From an uncultured Pseudomonadota bacterium (lineage in GTDB: Bacteria; SAR324; NAC60-12), in the NCBI GenBank assembly GCA_913020725.1, contig CAJWCD010000097.1, positions 1 to 14,019 on the forward strand: 14,019 bases of DNA. Reading direction: 5' to 3'. Shown piece after piece: positions 1 through 7,005 of this stretch. The position numbers and the translations under genes were made by a program. Position 1 is the first letter of the stretch. Every line of letters starts with the position of its first letter. Under the pieces are notes generated by a model. It searched no databases, was not told where the DNA came from, and was given only the letters and a program-made list of their open reading frames with translations.

Positions 1-55
1 CGGTGAGCGTCTTGAACATGCGGCGGTGGCGGGAAATCTTGGCGTGGCTGATCAT
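1..55 (-). CDS. 5' end of a gene running off the left edge (MISHAKISRHRRMFKTLT...), product unknown
   Basis: ATG at 55 on the minus strand, preceded by AGGAAG (SD-like); frame stays open to the window edge; divergent from oadB across an AT-richer spacer. Only 18 codons are visible. Confidence 0.35.
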   Translation of the reverse strand, partial: MISHAKISRHRRMFKTLT

Positions 56-352
56 ATTGGGGCTTCCTGTGTTGGTTGTGCCTGCAGTATAGCACAAGTG
101 GTTCTATTACCGATAGTGTCTAATGAAAAATACAGTATACGCATTGGATACCTCGAATCAACGCATCCGCAAGGGCTTGGCGTCCGAAATCACGGAAACC
201 GAGATTGACCAAGAACTTCAGGCGCACCGAGCCGCAGAATGAAGGTTGTGATTTTCAAAACGAGCACCGATCTGGTAGCGCGGGAGTGGCATACCCGCGC
301 CCGCGCCCTGCAAACGCGGGTGCGCCACCCCGCGCTACCGTTTGGATTCCTG

Positions 353-1888
353 ATGAACACAACCCATCCATTTAGTAGAGGGCCACTCCGAACATGGCTG
401 CTCGTGCTGGCGCTGGTCTTGAGCGCAGGGGTGTTGTTTGCTCAGGAGGAGGGGCAGCAGGTGAAGATCGCCATGCCCACCGACGCGCTGGTGACACGGG
501 TGGACGCGAAGATTGACCAGTGGGTGTACGCGGGCAACATTCTTGCGGTGCTGAAGGATTCACGCGGAGACAAGATCGTGCTGCGGGCCGGGATTTCCGG
601 ACAACTGGTCTTCTGGCGACTGCGGCCTTACAAGCACTACGGTGCCGGGGAGATCGTTGGCATCCTGCGCTTTGCTCCGGTGATCGCGGAGAAAGTGGGT
701 GGCGCGTCGCCGGGCGACCTGCCCGCATTCCGGGAAATGGCGCTCAACCTCTTCAACGCAACCGGAATCGCCGGGCTGCTGCGGGGGCATGGGCTCGACT
801 GGTCGGAGGGGCTTGGGCGGCTGGTGATGATCGGAGTCGGGCTGACTTTGCTCTACCTTGGCATCCGCCGCAAGTTCGAGCCGCTGCTGCTCGTGCCCAT
901 CGGCTTTGGTGCGGTGCTGGCGAACATTCCGCTGGCCGGACTTTCCGAACCCGGAGGTTTGCTCTACTACATTTACGAGGTGGGCATTGTCACCGGAATT
1001 TTCCCGCTCATCATCTTCATGGGCGTGGGTGCGATGACCGACTTCGGCCCGCTGCTGGCGAATCCGAAAACCGCCCTGCTCGGTGGCGCTGCGCAGTTCG
1101 GCATTTTTGCGACCCTGCTCGGTGCACTCGCGCTCAACGCGATTCCGGGCATTGATTTCTCCCTGCGTGACGCCGCGTCCATTGGCATCATCGGCGGCGC
1201 GGACGGCCCCACCGCGATTTTTCTCTCCAGCAAACTTTCGCCCCGACTGCTTGGCTCGATTGCCATTGCAGCTTATTCCTACATGGCGCTGGTGCCCATC
1301 ATCCAGCCTCCGATCATGCGGCTGCTGACCTCGCAGGCCGAGCGGGAAACGCAGATGGTGCAACTCCGCTATGTTTCCAAGCGCGAGAAAATCCTCTTTC
1401 CGTTGATTGCGCTTAGCCTCTGCGCGCTGCTGCTGCCCTCTGCCGCTCCACTGATTGGCATGTTCATGTTCGGCAACCTCGCCCGCGAGTGCGGTGTCAT
1501 CAATCGCCTCTCCGACACCATCCAGCGCTCGCTCATCAACATCGTCACCATCTTCCTCGGACTTAGCGTCGGCAGCAAACTAGCGGCAGGCGAATTCCTC
1601 AATGTTGAAACGCTCGGCATTCTACTTTTGGGGATGATTGCCTTTGCGATTGGCACGGCGGCAGGCATTCTGATGGCGAAGCTGATGAACCGCCTCACGG
1701 ACACTCCCATCAATCCCCTGATCGGAGCCGCTGGAGTTTCTGCGGTGCCGATGGCCGCCCGCGTGGTCAACCAAGTCGGACTAAAAGCGAACTCCCAAAA
1801 TCACCTGCTCATGCACGCAATGGGGCCGAATGTCTCTGGAGTGATCGGCTCAGCGGTCGCCGCCGGGGTGCTGCTAGCGATGTTGTAG
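353..1888 (+). CDS. oadB: Na+-translocating carboxybiotin decarboxylase, beta subunit (OadB/GcdB/MmdB family), with N-terminal signal peptide and biotinyl/lipoyl-like extension
   Basis: Family motifs [40 protein letters not shown] (essential Asp), [23 protein letters not shown] and [18 protein letters not shown]. Start placed at ATG 353 because a signal peptide follows ([21 protein letters not shown]). Substrate (oxaloacetate, methylmalonyl-CoA or glutaconyl-CoA) cannot be assigned from beta alone. Confidence 0.93.
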   Translation: MNTTHPFSRGPLRTWLLVLALVLSAGVLFAQEEGQQVKIAMPTDALVTRVDAKIDQWVYAGNILAVLKDSRGDKIVLRAGISGQLVFWRLRPYKHYGAGEIVGILRFAPVIAEKVGGASPGDLPAFREMALNLFNATGIAGLLRGHGLDWSEGLGRLVMIGVGLTLLYLGIRRKFEPLLLVPIGFGAVLANIPLAGLSEPGGLLYYIYEVGIVTGIFPLIIFMGVGAMTDFGPLLANPKTALLGGAAQFGIFATLLGALALNAIPGIDFSLRDAASIGIIGGADGPTAIFLSSKLSPRLLGSIAIAAYSYMALVPIIQPPIMRLLTSQAERETQMVQLRYVSKREKILFPLIALSLCALLLPSAAPLIGMFMFGNLARECGVINRLSDTIQRSLINIVTIFLGLSVGSKLAAGEFLNVETLGILLLGMIAFAIGTAAGILMAKLMNRLTDTPINPLIGAAGVSAVPMAARVVNQVGLKANSQNHLLMHAMGPNVSGVIGSAVAAGVLLAML

Positions 1889-1915
1889 TGGCAATGGCCG
1901 GGCTGGTCCGCCGAG

Positions 1916-3196
1916 TCAGTGGCAGAGTTGGTTGTGCATCCGGGAGGCGTAGCGGTCGGTCATGCCAGAGAGGTAGTCGCAGATCACCCGAAACTGCCCA
2001 TCGCTGGTGGGAGCGTCGCGCCATGCCTGCCGGAACGCGGAGGGGAGTTGTTCCGGATCGTTGCAGTATACCTCGAAAAGCGAGCGGATGATCTGCTGGC
2101 CTTGAAAGGTTGCCGACTGAACAAACGGTTGAGCGATGACCTGTTCAAAGACCACCGTTTTCAGGGCGCTCAGGAACTGCTGCGCGGTGGGCGGCATGGC
2201 CACCCGCCATGACAGCAAACAGTGCTGGAACTCCGGAACCTGCTGAAGCGTGGTGGAGTGGATCAGCAAGTGGACCATCAGGCCAATGGCTTGTTTGCGC
2301 TGATAGCCTTCCGGCCCGAAGAGCAAGTCCCGCAGTTTGTCGGAAGAGCTTCCGAATTCCCTGAGCCATGCCAAATCGCAGTGCTCTTGCAGCAGGATCC
2401 AGTGTTCCGGATTCAGCAAGCCCAGCGCAACCGCATCCTCAAAGTCATGCACCCCATAAGCGATGTCATCCGCAATTTCCATCAGCGAGGTGTCCAGTGC
2501 TTTGTGCAAGGAGTGCCCGTGCTGCCGAGCTTGTGGAGAGGTGAACTGCTGAAAGCGTTGGCGATCCTCCGGTTCCAAAGGTTCCAGCAACCAATCAACA
2601 ATGGAGGTTTCGGTGTCCAAGTAGCCCTTGGGCGGTTCCCAATCCTGACGGTGAATCCGTGCGGAAACTTCTGGAAGTTCCGGAACCGTGGTGCAATGCA
2701 GCCGAGCGAGGGGAACGGGATACTTGAGGATGCCGAGCAGGGTGCGGCGCGTGAGGTTGAGGCCATGTCCGGGGGTGTGCGATTCCAACCGACAAAGCAG
2801 CCGCAACGACTGGCCGTTGCCCTCAAACCCGCCACGGTTTGCCATCAAACAGTGCAGCGCGACCTCTCCGGAATGACCAAACGGAGGGTGCCCCAAATCG
2901 TGGGCGAATCCGATGGTTTCGATCAGCTCAAGACCAGGAAGCAGCGCCTGCTGCTCCGGATGCTGTTGCCGCAGCCACAGCACCAACCCCCGCCCGATTT
3001 GGGCGACCTCCATCGAGTGGGTGAGGCGGGTGCGGTAGAAATCGTTCTCGTCAACACCGTGGATTTGGGTTTTTGCTTGCAGCCGCCGGAACGCGGCGGA
3101 ATGGATGATGCGGGAGCGGTCCCGCTCAAAGGCGGGACGGGGGTCGTCCGGACGATGTGGGGCGTCCGGGCTACGCCGTGCTTGCCACGGATCCAC
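1916..3196 (-). CDS. dgt: Deoxyguanosinetriphosphate triphosphohydrolase (dGTPase, HD superfamily)
   Basis: Motifs FERDRSRIIHSAAFRRLQAKTQ, RTRLTHSMEVAQI, AHDLGHPPFGHSGE, FEGNGQ, ADDIAYGVHDFED and VICDYLSGMTDRYA. Start moved from 3421 to GTG 3196, 5 bp after the stop of the upstream gene, giving about 426 aa; exact start uncertain. Confidence 0.93.
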   Translation of the reverse strand: MDPWQARRSPDAPHRPDDPRPAFERDRSRIIHSAAFRRLQAKTQIHGVDENDFYRTRLTHSMEVAQIGRGLVLWLRQQHPEQQALLPGLELIETIGFAHDLGHPPFGHSGEVALHCLMANRGGFEGNGQSLRLLCRLESHTPGHGLNLTRRTLLGILKYPVPLARLHCTTVPELPEVSARIHRQDWEPPKGYLDTETSIVDWLLEPLEPEDRQRFQQFTSPQARQHGHSLHKALDTSLMEIADDIAYGVHDFEDAVALGLLNPEHWILLQEHCDLAWLREFGSSSDKLRDLLFGPEGYQRKQAIGLMVHLLIHSTTLQQVPEFQHCLLSWRVAMPPTAQQFLSALKTVVFEQVIAQPFVQSATFQGQQIIRSLFEVYCNDPEQLPSAFRQAWRDAPTSDGQFRVICDYLSGMTDRYASRMHNQLCH

Positions 3197-3201
3197 CCCG
3201 G

Positions 3202-3735
3202 TCAGTGGAGGGAGGTGTGCCAGAAGAAGCTCAGAAACTCGATGTCGAGTTCCACTTTTTGAAGCCCCTGGATGCCGTTGATGATGCGCTCTTGCTCCGA
3301 ACCCCGGAGTGCCTCCACGATTTTGAGCATGGCTTCCAACTGGTCCAGCGAAACCCCTAGCAGCTCCGCGCAGTTGAGGATGAACTGCCGTTCCTTGGGG
3401 TGGAATTCCTCGTCGGACCACGCCAGCATGATGAGGTCCATCATCAGCGCGTGGCCCCGGCGGTCGAAAAACACCGACAAGCCCTTGCGCAGCTCATCAA
3501 GCTCCGGAAACTCCACAAACTTGATCAGCTTTCCGAGCGTTCCGTTGGGGAGGTCAAGCAGCAACACCATTCTCTTGAGATGATCGATCTCCTCGTTCAT
3601 GATGATGTCGTCCGCATCAATCAGCAGGGTGAGGATTTGCAGATAACGGAACTTGTCCTCGTCCGAGGACGAACTCATGGGGTGATGCACGGTTTCCGCC
3701 GGCCACGCTGGGTAGAGGTCTTGGACGTCAGGCAT
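3202..3735 (-). CDS. TerB-like (tellurite resistance/TerB family) protein
   Basis: Two TerB-type A/S-D-x5-E helical repeats: LIDADDIIMNEEIDHLKRMVLLLDL and LAWSDEEFHPKERQFILNCAELLGV. Start at ATG 3735 (MPDVQDLYP..., 177 aa) is inferred; the ORF-track extension to 3909 looks non-coding. Confidence 0.75.
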   Translation of the reverse strand: MPDVQDLYPAWPAETVHHPMSSSSDEDKFRYLQILTLLIDADDIIMNEEIDHLKRMVLLLDLPNGTLGKLIKFVEFPELDELRKGLSVFFDRRGHALMMDLIMLAWSDEEFHPKERQFILNCAELLGVSLDQLEAMLKIVEALRGSEQERIINGIQGLQKVELDIEFLSFFWHTSLH

Positions 3736-3838
3736 GTTCAAGTGCTGGATGTTAGGGAGGCAGTTTGGAATCTCGTGCGGTAATTCCCGCATCGAGAACG
3801 GACGAAGCCCTGCTGTTGCCTCGCATGTTCTTGGGGAA

Positions 3839-3854
3839 AGCATAAGCAATGCCC
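3839..3854 (-). promoter_or_regulatory. Possible sigma-54 (-24/-12) promoter for the terB-dgt unit
   Basis: The minus strand reads GGGCATTGCTTATGCT: GG-N10-GC spacing, close to TGGCAC-N5-TTGC, about 100 bp upstream of the terB-like start. Confidence 0.3.
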
Positions 3855-3961
3855 AACTCCGGGTCAACCCCTTTCGGGTCTGATTTCTCGCAGCTTGTTG
3901 TGCAAGCAAGGCGAGGGTGGCTTTCGCTGGAGAAGTGTTCAGGAGTCAGAAGGAGCAGAGT

Positions 3962-4025
3962 TCCAAAGCTCCAAAGGCATTAAGGCCGAAAGCTGACGGT
4001 AGGAAACCGACAACCGACAATCAAA
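3962..4025. repeat. Short degenerate tandem repeats in the intergenic region
   Basis: TCCAAAG x2 (3962, 3970), then a period-7 run GGCCGAA AGCTGAC GGTAGGA AACCGAC AACCGAC AATCAAA (3984-4025). Confidence 0.4.
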
Positions 4026-4030
4026 AACCC

Positions 4031-4486
4031 ATGACGAATCTTTCCAAAACAATGGTGAATCGAGAGGATTTCAAGGTGTGGTGCCCGCTGGGAATCCGCT
4101 ACGCCGACATTGACATGCAGCAGGTGGTTTACTGTTCCCATTACCTTGTGTACTACGACGAAGCCATCATGGTGTACTTGCAAAATTGCGGCTATGGGTA
4201 CACCGCTGAAGCAGAGGCCACCGGCAAGGATTTTCAATTCGTTCAGGTCAACGTCACCTACCGCCAACCCTTGCGTTACACGGATGAGCTGCGGATTGGC
4301 GTCCGGATTGACCGCTTGGGGAGCAGCAGCATCACTTGGTCGTTGGCGATTTTCCGCAATGACGAGGCCGAACCCGCCAGCAGCACAGAAATCGTCTGGG
4401 TCTATGTGGAAATGACCAAGGAAAAATCCACTCCGATTCCGGAAACACTCAGATCGCGCTTGCTGAATCCTGTGGCCTCGGCATGA
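4031..4486 (+). CDS. Acyl-CoA thioesterase, hot-dog fold (4HBT / YbgC-FadM family)
   Basis: IRYADIDMQQVVYCSHYLVYYDEA active-site helix motif; VTYRQPLRYTDEL, RLGSSSI and C-terminal STPIPETLR. Start at ATG 4031 (alternatively 4052). Confidence 0.88.
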   Translation: MTNLSKTMVNREDFKVWCPLGIRYADIDMQQVVYCSHYLVYYDEAIMVYLQNCGYGYTAEAEATGKDFQFVQVNVTYRQPLRYTDELRIGVRIDRLGSSSITWSLAIFRNDEAEPASSTEIVWVYVEMTKEKSTPIPETLRSRLLNPVASA

Positions 4487-5820
4487 TATTGAGAATGCCT
4501 ATTTTCTCACCAAACCCGTCTGTGACTCGTTTCCGTCTGTTTGCCAAGCACACTGGCTGGGGAGTGACCCTCTGTGCCCTGCTCTGGGGGGCAGGGTGTG
4601 CCTCCGGCCCCGCAGCGACCTTTGAAGTGCAACGCCCCGCAAAACTGTCGGTCCCAAGGGAAGTCCGTAAGATTTTCATCCGCAGCGATTTTGTGGAAGC
4701 CGCGCAGGATCGGCTCGGACTCAAGGCGCAGGTGCTGGAGCGGCTTGCTGAAAAGTTGAACGGCTTGGGCCGCTTTGAAGCGCAGGTCGTGGACCACTTG
4801 GACGAAAACAGCCTCAATCCGGAGCAGGAAACGGTCGCTGTCATCCAAGGCGAAGTGGTCAGCCGTGCCGAATTGGACCGGGGACAGTTCACGGATGTTG
4901 CGACCTGCACAGGGGGCATCGGCGGGCGACTCTCCGCCATCGGCGCTGCTGCGGTGTCCAAGGAGGCGATCACCGTGGACAGTTGGGGCGGTTACATCTG
5001 CCGCAAGGGGAACTTCAAAAGCAATCTGACGCAGGCGGCCTTCACCCAAGCATTCGCCTTGGCGGGTTTGAGTGGAGCGCCCCCCAAGAATCAGGTGGTC
5101 CGCACCTATCGGTATCGCAATCTCAGCTTCTTTGTGCAGGCGACCTTCAGTGTCACCGTCATCGGGCCGCAGCGCTCCACGCTGGCCATCCGCACGGATG
5201 CGTCCCAGTTCTCAAGACGGATGGTGAACCAAAGCAGCTACCAGAACGTGCAGGAGGTCCACAACATCGTGGTCACCTTCCTTGGTCCCGTTTTGCGGGC
5301 GAGTGCCCTGCCGACCTTTCCCAACCTGATTCGGCCTGCGGCGCTCGCCGAGCGTTCGCGCCCCCGCGAGGTGTTCTACGGCAGTGCGTCCCTTCCGGAC
5401 CCCGGATGGCGTGATCTCACTCGCAGCGAGCGGGCAACGGTTCTCAACGGGCTGGTCGAGCAAACCATCCTCGGCTTTGTGCAGACGATTTCCCCCTATC
5501 GCGTGAAAGTCGAGGCCGCGCTGGATTCCGGAGGGGATGCGGAAGCCCGTGCGCTGCTGGAGTCCGGCAAGCCACTGGACGCCCGCCGCCGACTGGAGAC
5601 GATTTCGCAAGAGGATCGCAGTGCCAGCAACTGGTATCACTTGGGACTCAGCTACGAAGCGGGAGCGGTGAGTGTGGAGGATTACGAGGACGCCCGTCGT
5701 TTTTACATCGAAGCCCTCAACCGCAGTTCCAGCAGCAGGGTTTACGCTCAAGGCGTGGGGCGGATTGAGCGTTTCTTGGCGGATTACCGCAAACTCCGCC
5801 AGCAAACGGAGGAACGCTGA
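4483..5820 (+). CDS. Putative lipoprotein 1 with C-terminal TPR (paralog of the next two genes)
   Basis: Lipobox-like LLWGAG|C at Cys39; TFEVQRPAKL after the Cys; C-terminal TPR NWYHLGLSYEAG...ARRFYIEAL. ATGA overlap with the thioesterase stop. Start could be 4495 or GTG 4522. Confidence 0.8.
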   Translation: MILRMPIFSPNPSVTRFRLFAKHTGWGVTLCALLWGAGCASGPAATFEVQRPAKLSVPREVRKIFIRSDFVEAAQDRLGLKAQVLERLAEKLNGLGRFEAQVVDHLDENSLNPEQETVAVIQGEVVSRAELDRGQFTDVATCTGGIGGRLSAIGAAAVSKEAITVDSWGGYICRKGNFKSNLTQAAFTQAFALAGLSGAPPKNQVVRTYRYRNLSFFVQATFSVTVIGPQRSTLAIRTDASQFSRRMVNQSSYQNVQEVHNIVVTFLGPVLRASALPTFPNLIRPAALAERSRPREVFYGSASLPDPGWRDLTRSERATVLNGLVEQTILGFVQTISPYRVKVEAALDSGGDAEARALLESGKPLDARRRLETISQEDRSASNWYHLGLSYEAGAVSVEDYEDARRFYIEALNRSSSSRVYAQGVGRIERFLADYRKLRQQTEER

Positions 5821-6968
5821 TGAACTCGCGTTTTGTGCAGAAAATTGCGTGGATTTCCGTGCTTTTGGGAGTGGTAGCCTGCGCTCCGGCTCCACTGCTG
5901 ACCATGCAGACTCCTGCCGAAATTGACACCTCGCAAATCCAAACCGTGGCGGTGGGGCGCTTTGAGGTTGGTCGTGTCCACGTTGTGCGGAGGGCCGAAC
6001 GCGAAGGCATTTGGGAGGCCCACGAAATTTTCTTTAGTCCGGAACAGCAGGACGCGATTGCCCGCACGGTGCGTGCCCGTGTCGTCAATTTGCTGACGGC
6101 GACCCCGTATTTTCGGGTGGTGTTCACGGAGGAGTTCGAGCGGCTGGAAAACGACGCGGCTTTGCAGGAATTGATTTCGGTGCAGGGCTACACCACTGCG
6201 GACGTAGATGCTGTGATCAGCGGAAAAATCTGGCTGGAAGCGGAGCGCATTGACGGACTCGACCTCAGCAAGGAAGACCTTGAATACTTCAACCCGCCCA
6301 GAGCCTATCGCTCCTACGGCGGCTACCGGGAAGACCCCGGACTCAACCTCAATGTCCAGCAGGTCGTCTGGTGGCCTTACAAATCGGTGCGCGGGACGCT
6401 TGGACTCGAAATCAAGCTAACGCAACTCACTCCCGGCAGAGTTGTGGCCTCGACCTTTGCAACACGCAGCTACGCCCAGCGCATTGGGGGCAAGCCCGCT
6501 TCCGTGCTGGACCAACTCACGGCAGGACTGCAAGCCGGGCCGCAGCTTGCTGCCGGGGATTCCGGATTGGTGCTGCCAAGCCTCGATCAATTGGTCGCGG
6601 AGCTTTCGGTTTCGATTGCCGCCCGCTTCGTCAAGCGCGTGTCCCTCAGCGAGCGCAGAGTTCCCGTGCCGTTGGCCCCCGGAAGCAACGCAACGGCTCA
6701 ACTCCTCATTGAAGTCGGTGCCTACCAATTAGCGATTGAGCAGTTGCAGCAAGCCACTGCCAACGCTCCTGATCCCAACGACCTCTACAACCTTGGGGTG
6801 TGCTTTGAAGCGCTTGGTGATTATGGACTGGCACTGACGAGTTACCGTGAGGCGTGGGAAAAAGACCGGGAAAATGTGCTGTTTGCGCAAGGCATTGGCC
6901 GCGTGGAGCGCATCCGGCGCGAGCTTCCGCAGTTGCGTCGGCAAACCCGATCCCGCGAGGAGTCCTAA
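5820..6968 (+). CDS. Putative lipoprotein 2 with C-terminal TPR
   Basis: Signal MNSRFVQKIAWISVLLGVVA|C; TMQTPAEIDTSQIQTVAVGRFE; TPR DLYNLGVCFEALGDYGLALTSYREA. TGATG overlap with lipoprotein 1. Confidence 0.85.
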   Translation: MNSRFVQKIAWISVLLGVVACAPAPLLTMQTPAEIDTSQIQTVAVGRFEVGRVHVVRRAEREGIWEAHEIFFSPEQQDAIARTVRARVVNLLTATPYFRVVFTEEFERLENDAALQELISVQGYTTADVDAVISGKIWLEAERIDGLDLSKEDLEYFNPPRAYRSYGGYREDPGLNLNVQQVVWWPYKSVRGTLGLEIKLTQLTPGRVVASTFATRSYAQRIGGKPASVLDQLTAGLQAGPQLAAGDSGLVLPSLDQLVAELSVSIAARFVKRVSLSERRVPVPLAPGSNATAQLLIEVGAYQLAIEQLQQATANAPDPNDLYNLGVCFEALGDYGLALTSYREAWEKDRENVLFAQGIGRVERIRRELPQLRRQTRSREES

Positions 6969-6974
6969 AATCAC

Positions 6975-6999
6975 CGCAGAGGCGCAGAAGGCGCAAAGA
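6975..6999. repeat. Three degenerate 8-9 bp direct repeats (CGCAGAGG / CGCAGAAGG / CGCAAAGA) in the intergenic spacer
   Basis: Seen directly between the lipoprotein 2 stop (6968) and the lipoprotein 3 ATG (7006). Confidence 0.5.
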
Positions 7000-7005
7000 A
7001 AAAAC

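Noticed and set aside
120..139. LexA-box-like CTAA-N8-ACAG and repeated CAGTATA upstream of oadB
   Set aside because: Only one half-site matches CTGT-N8-ACAG; compatible with chance in an AT-rich spacer.
239..352. Upstream extension of oadB from ATG 239
   Set aside because: It would place 38 non-conserved-looking residues before the signal peptide; ATG 353 is more plausible.
1560..1888. Cluster of CTA codons and CTAG sites in the 3' part of oadB, suggesting a mosaic gene
   Set aside because: Only about four codons; not distinguishable from noise without a codon-usage test or ortholog alignment.
2222..3262. 346-aa plus-strand ORF
   Set aside because: Antisense shadow of dgt in high-GC DNA; no recognisable motifs.
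3197..3421. 75-aa N-terminal extension of the dGTPase in the ORF track
   Set aside because: It overlaps the terB-like gene in another frame and is low-complexity Arg/Gly/His-rich; GTG 3196 gives a normal length.
6847..7005. N-terminal extension of lipoprotein 3
   Set aside because: It overlaps lipoprotein 2 and the repeat spacer; the lipoprotein signal begins at ATG 7006.
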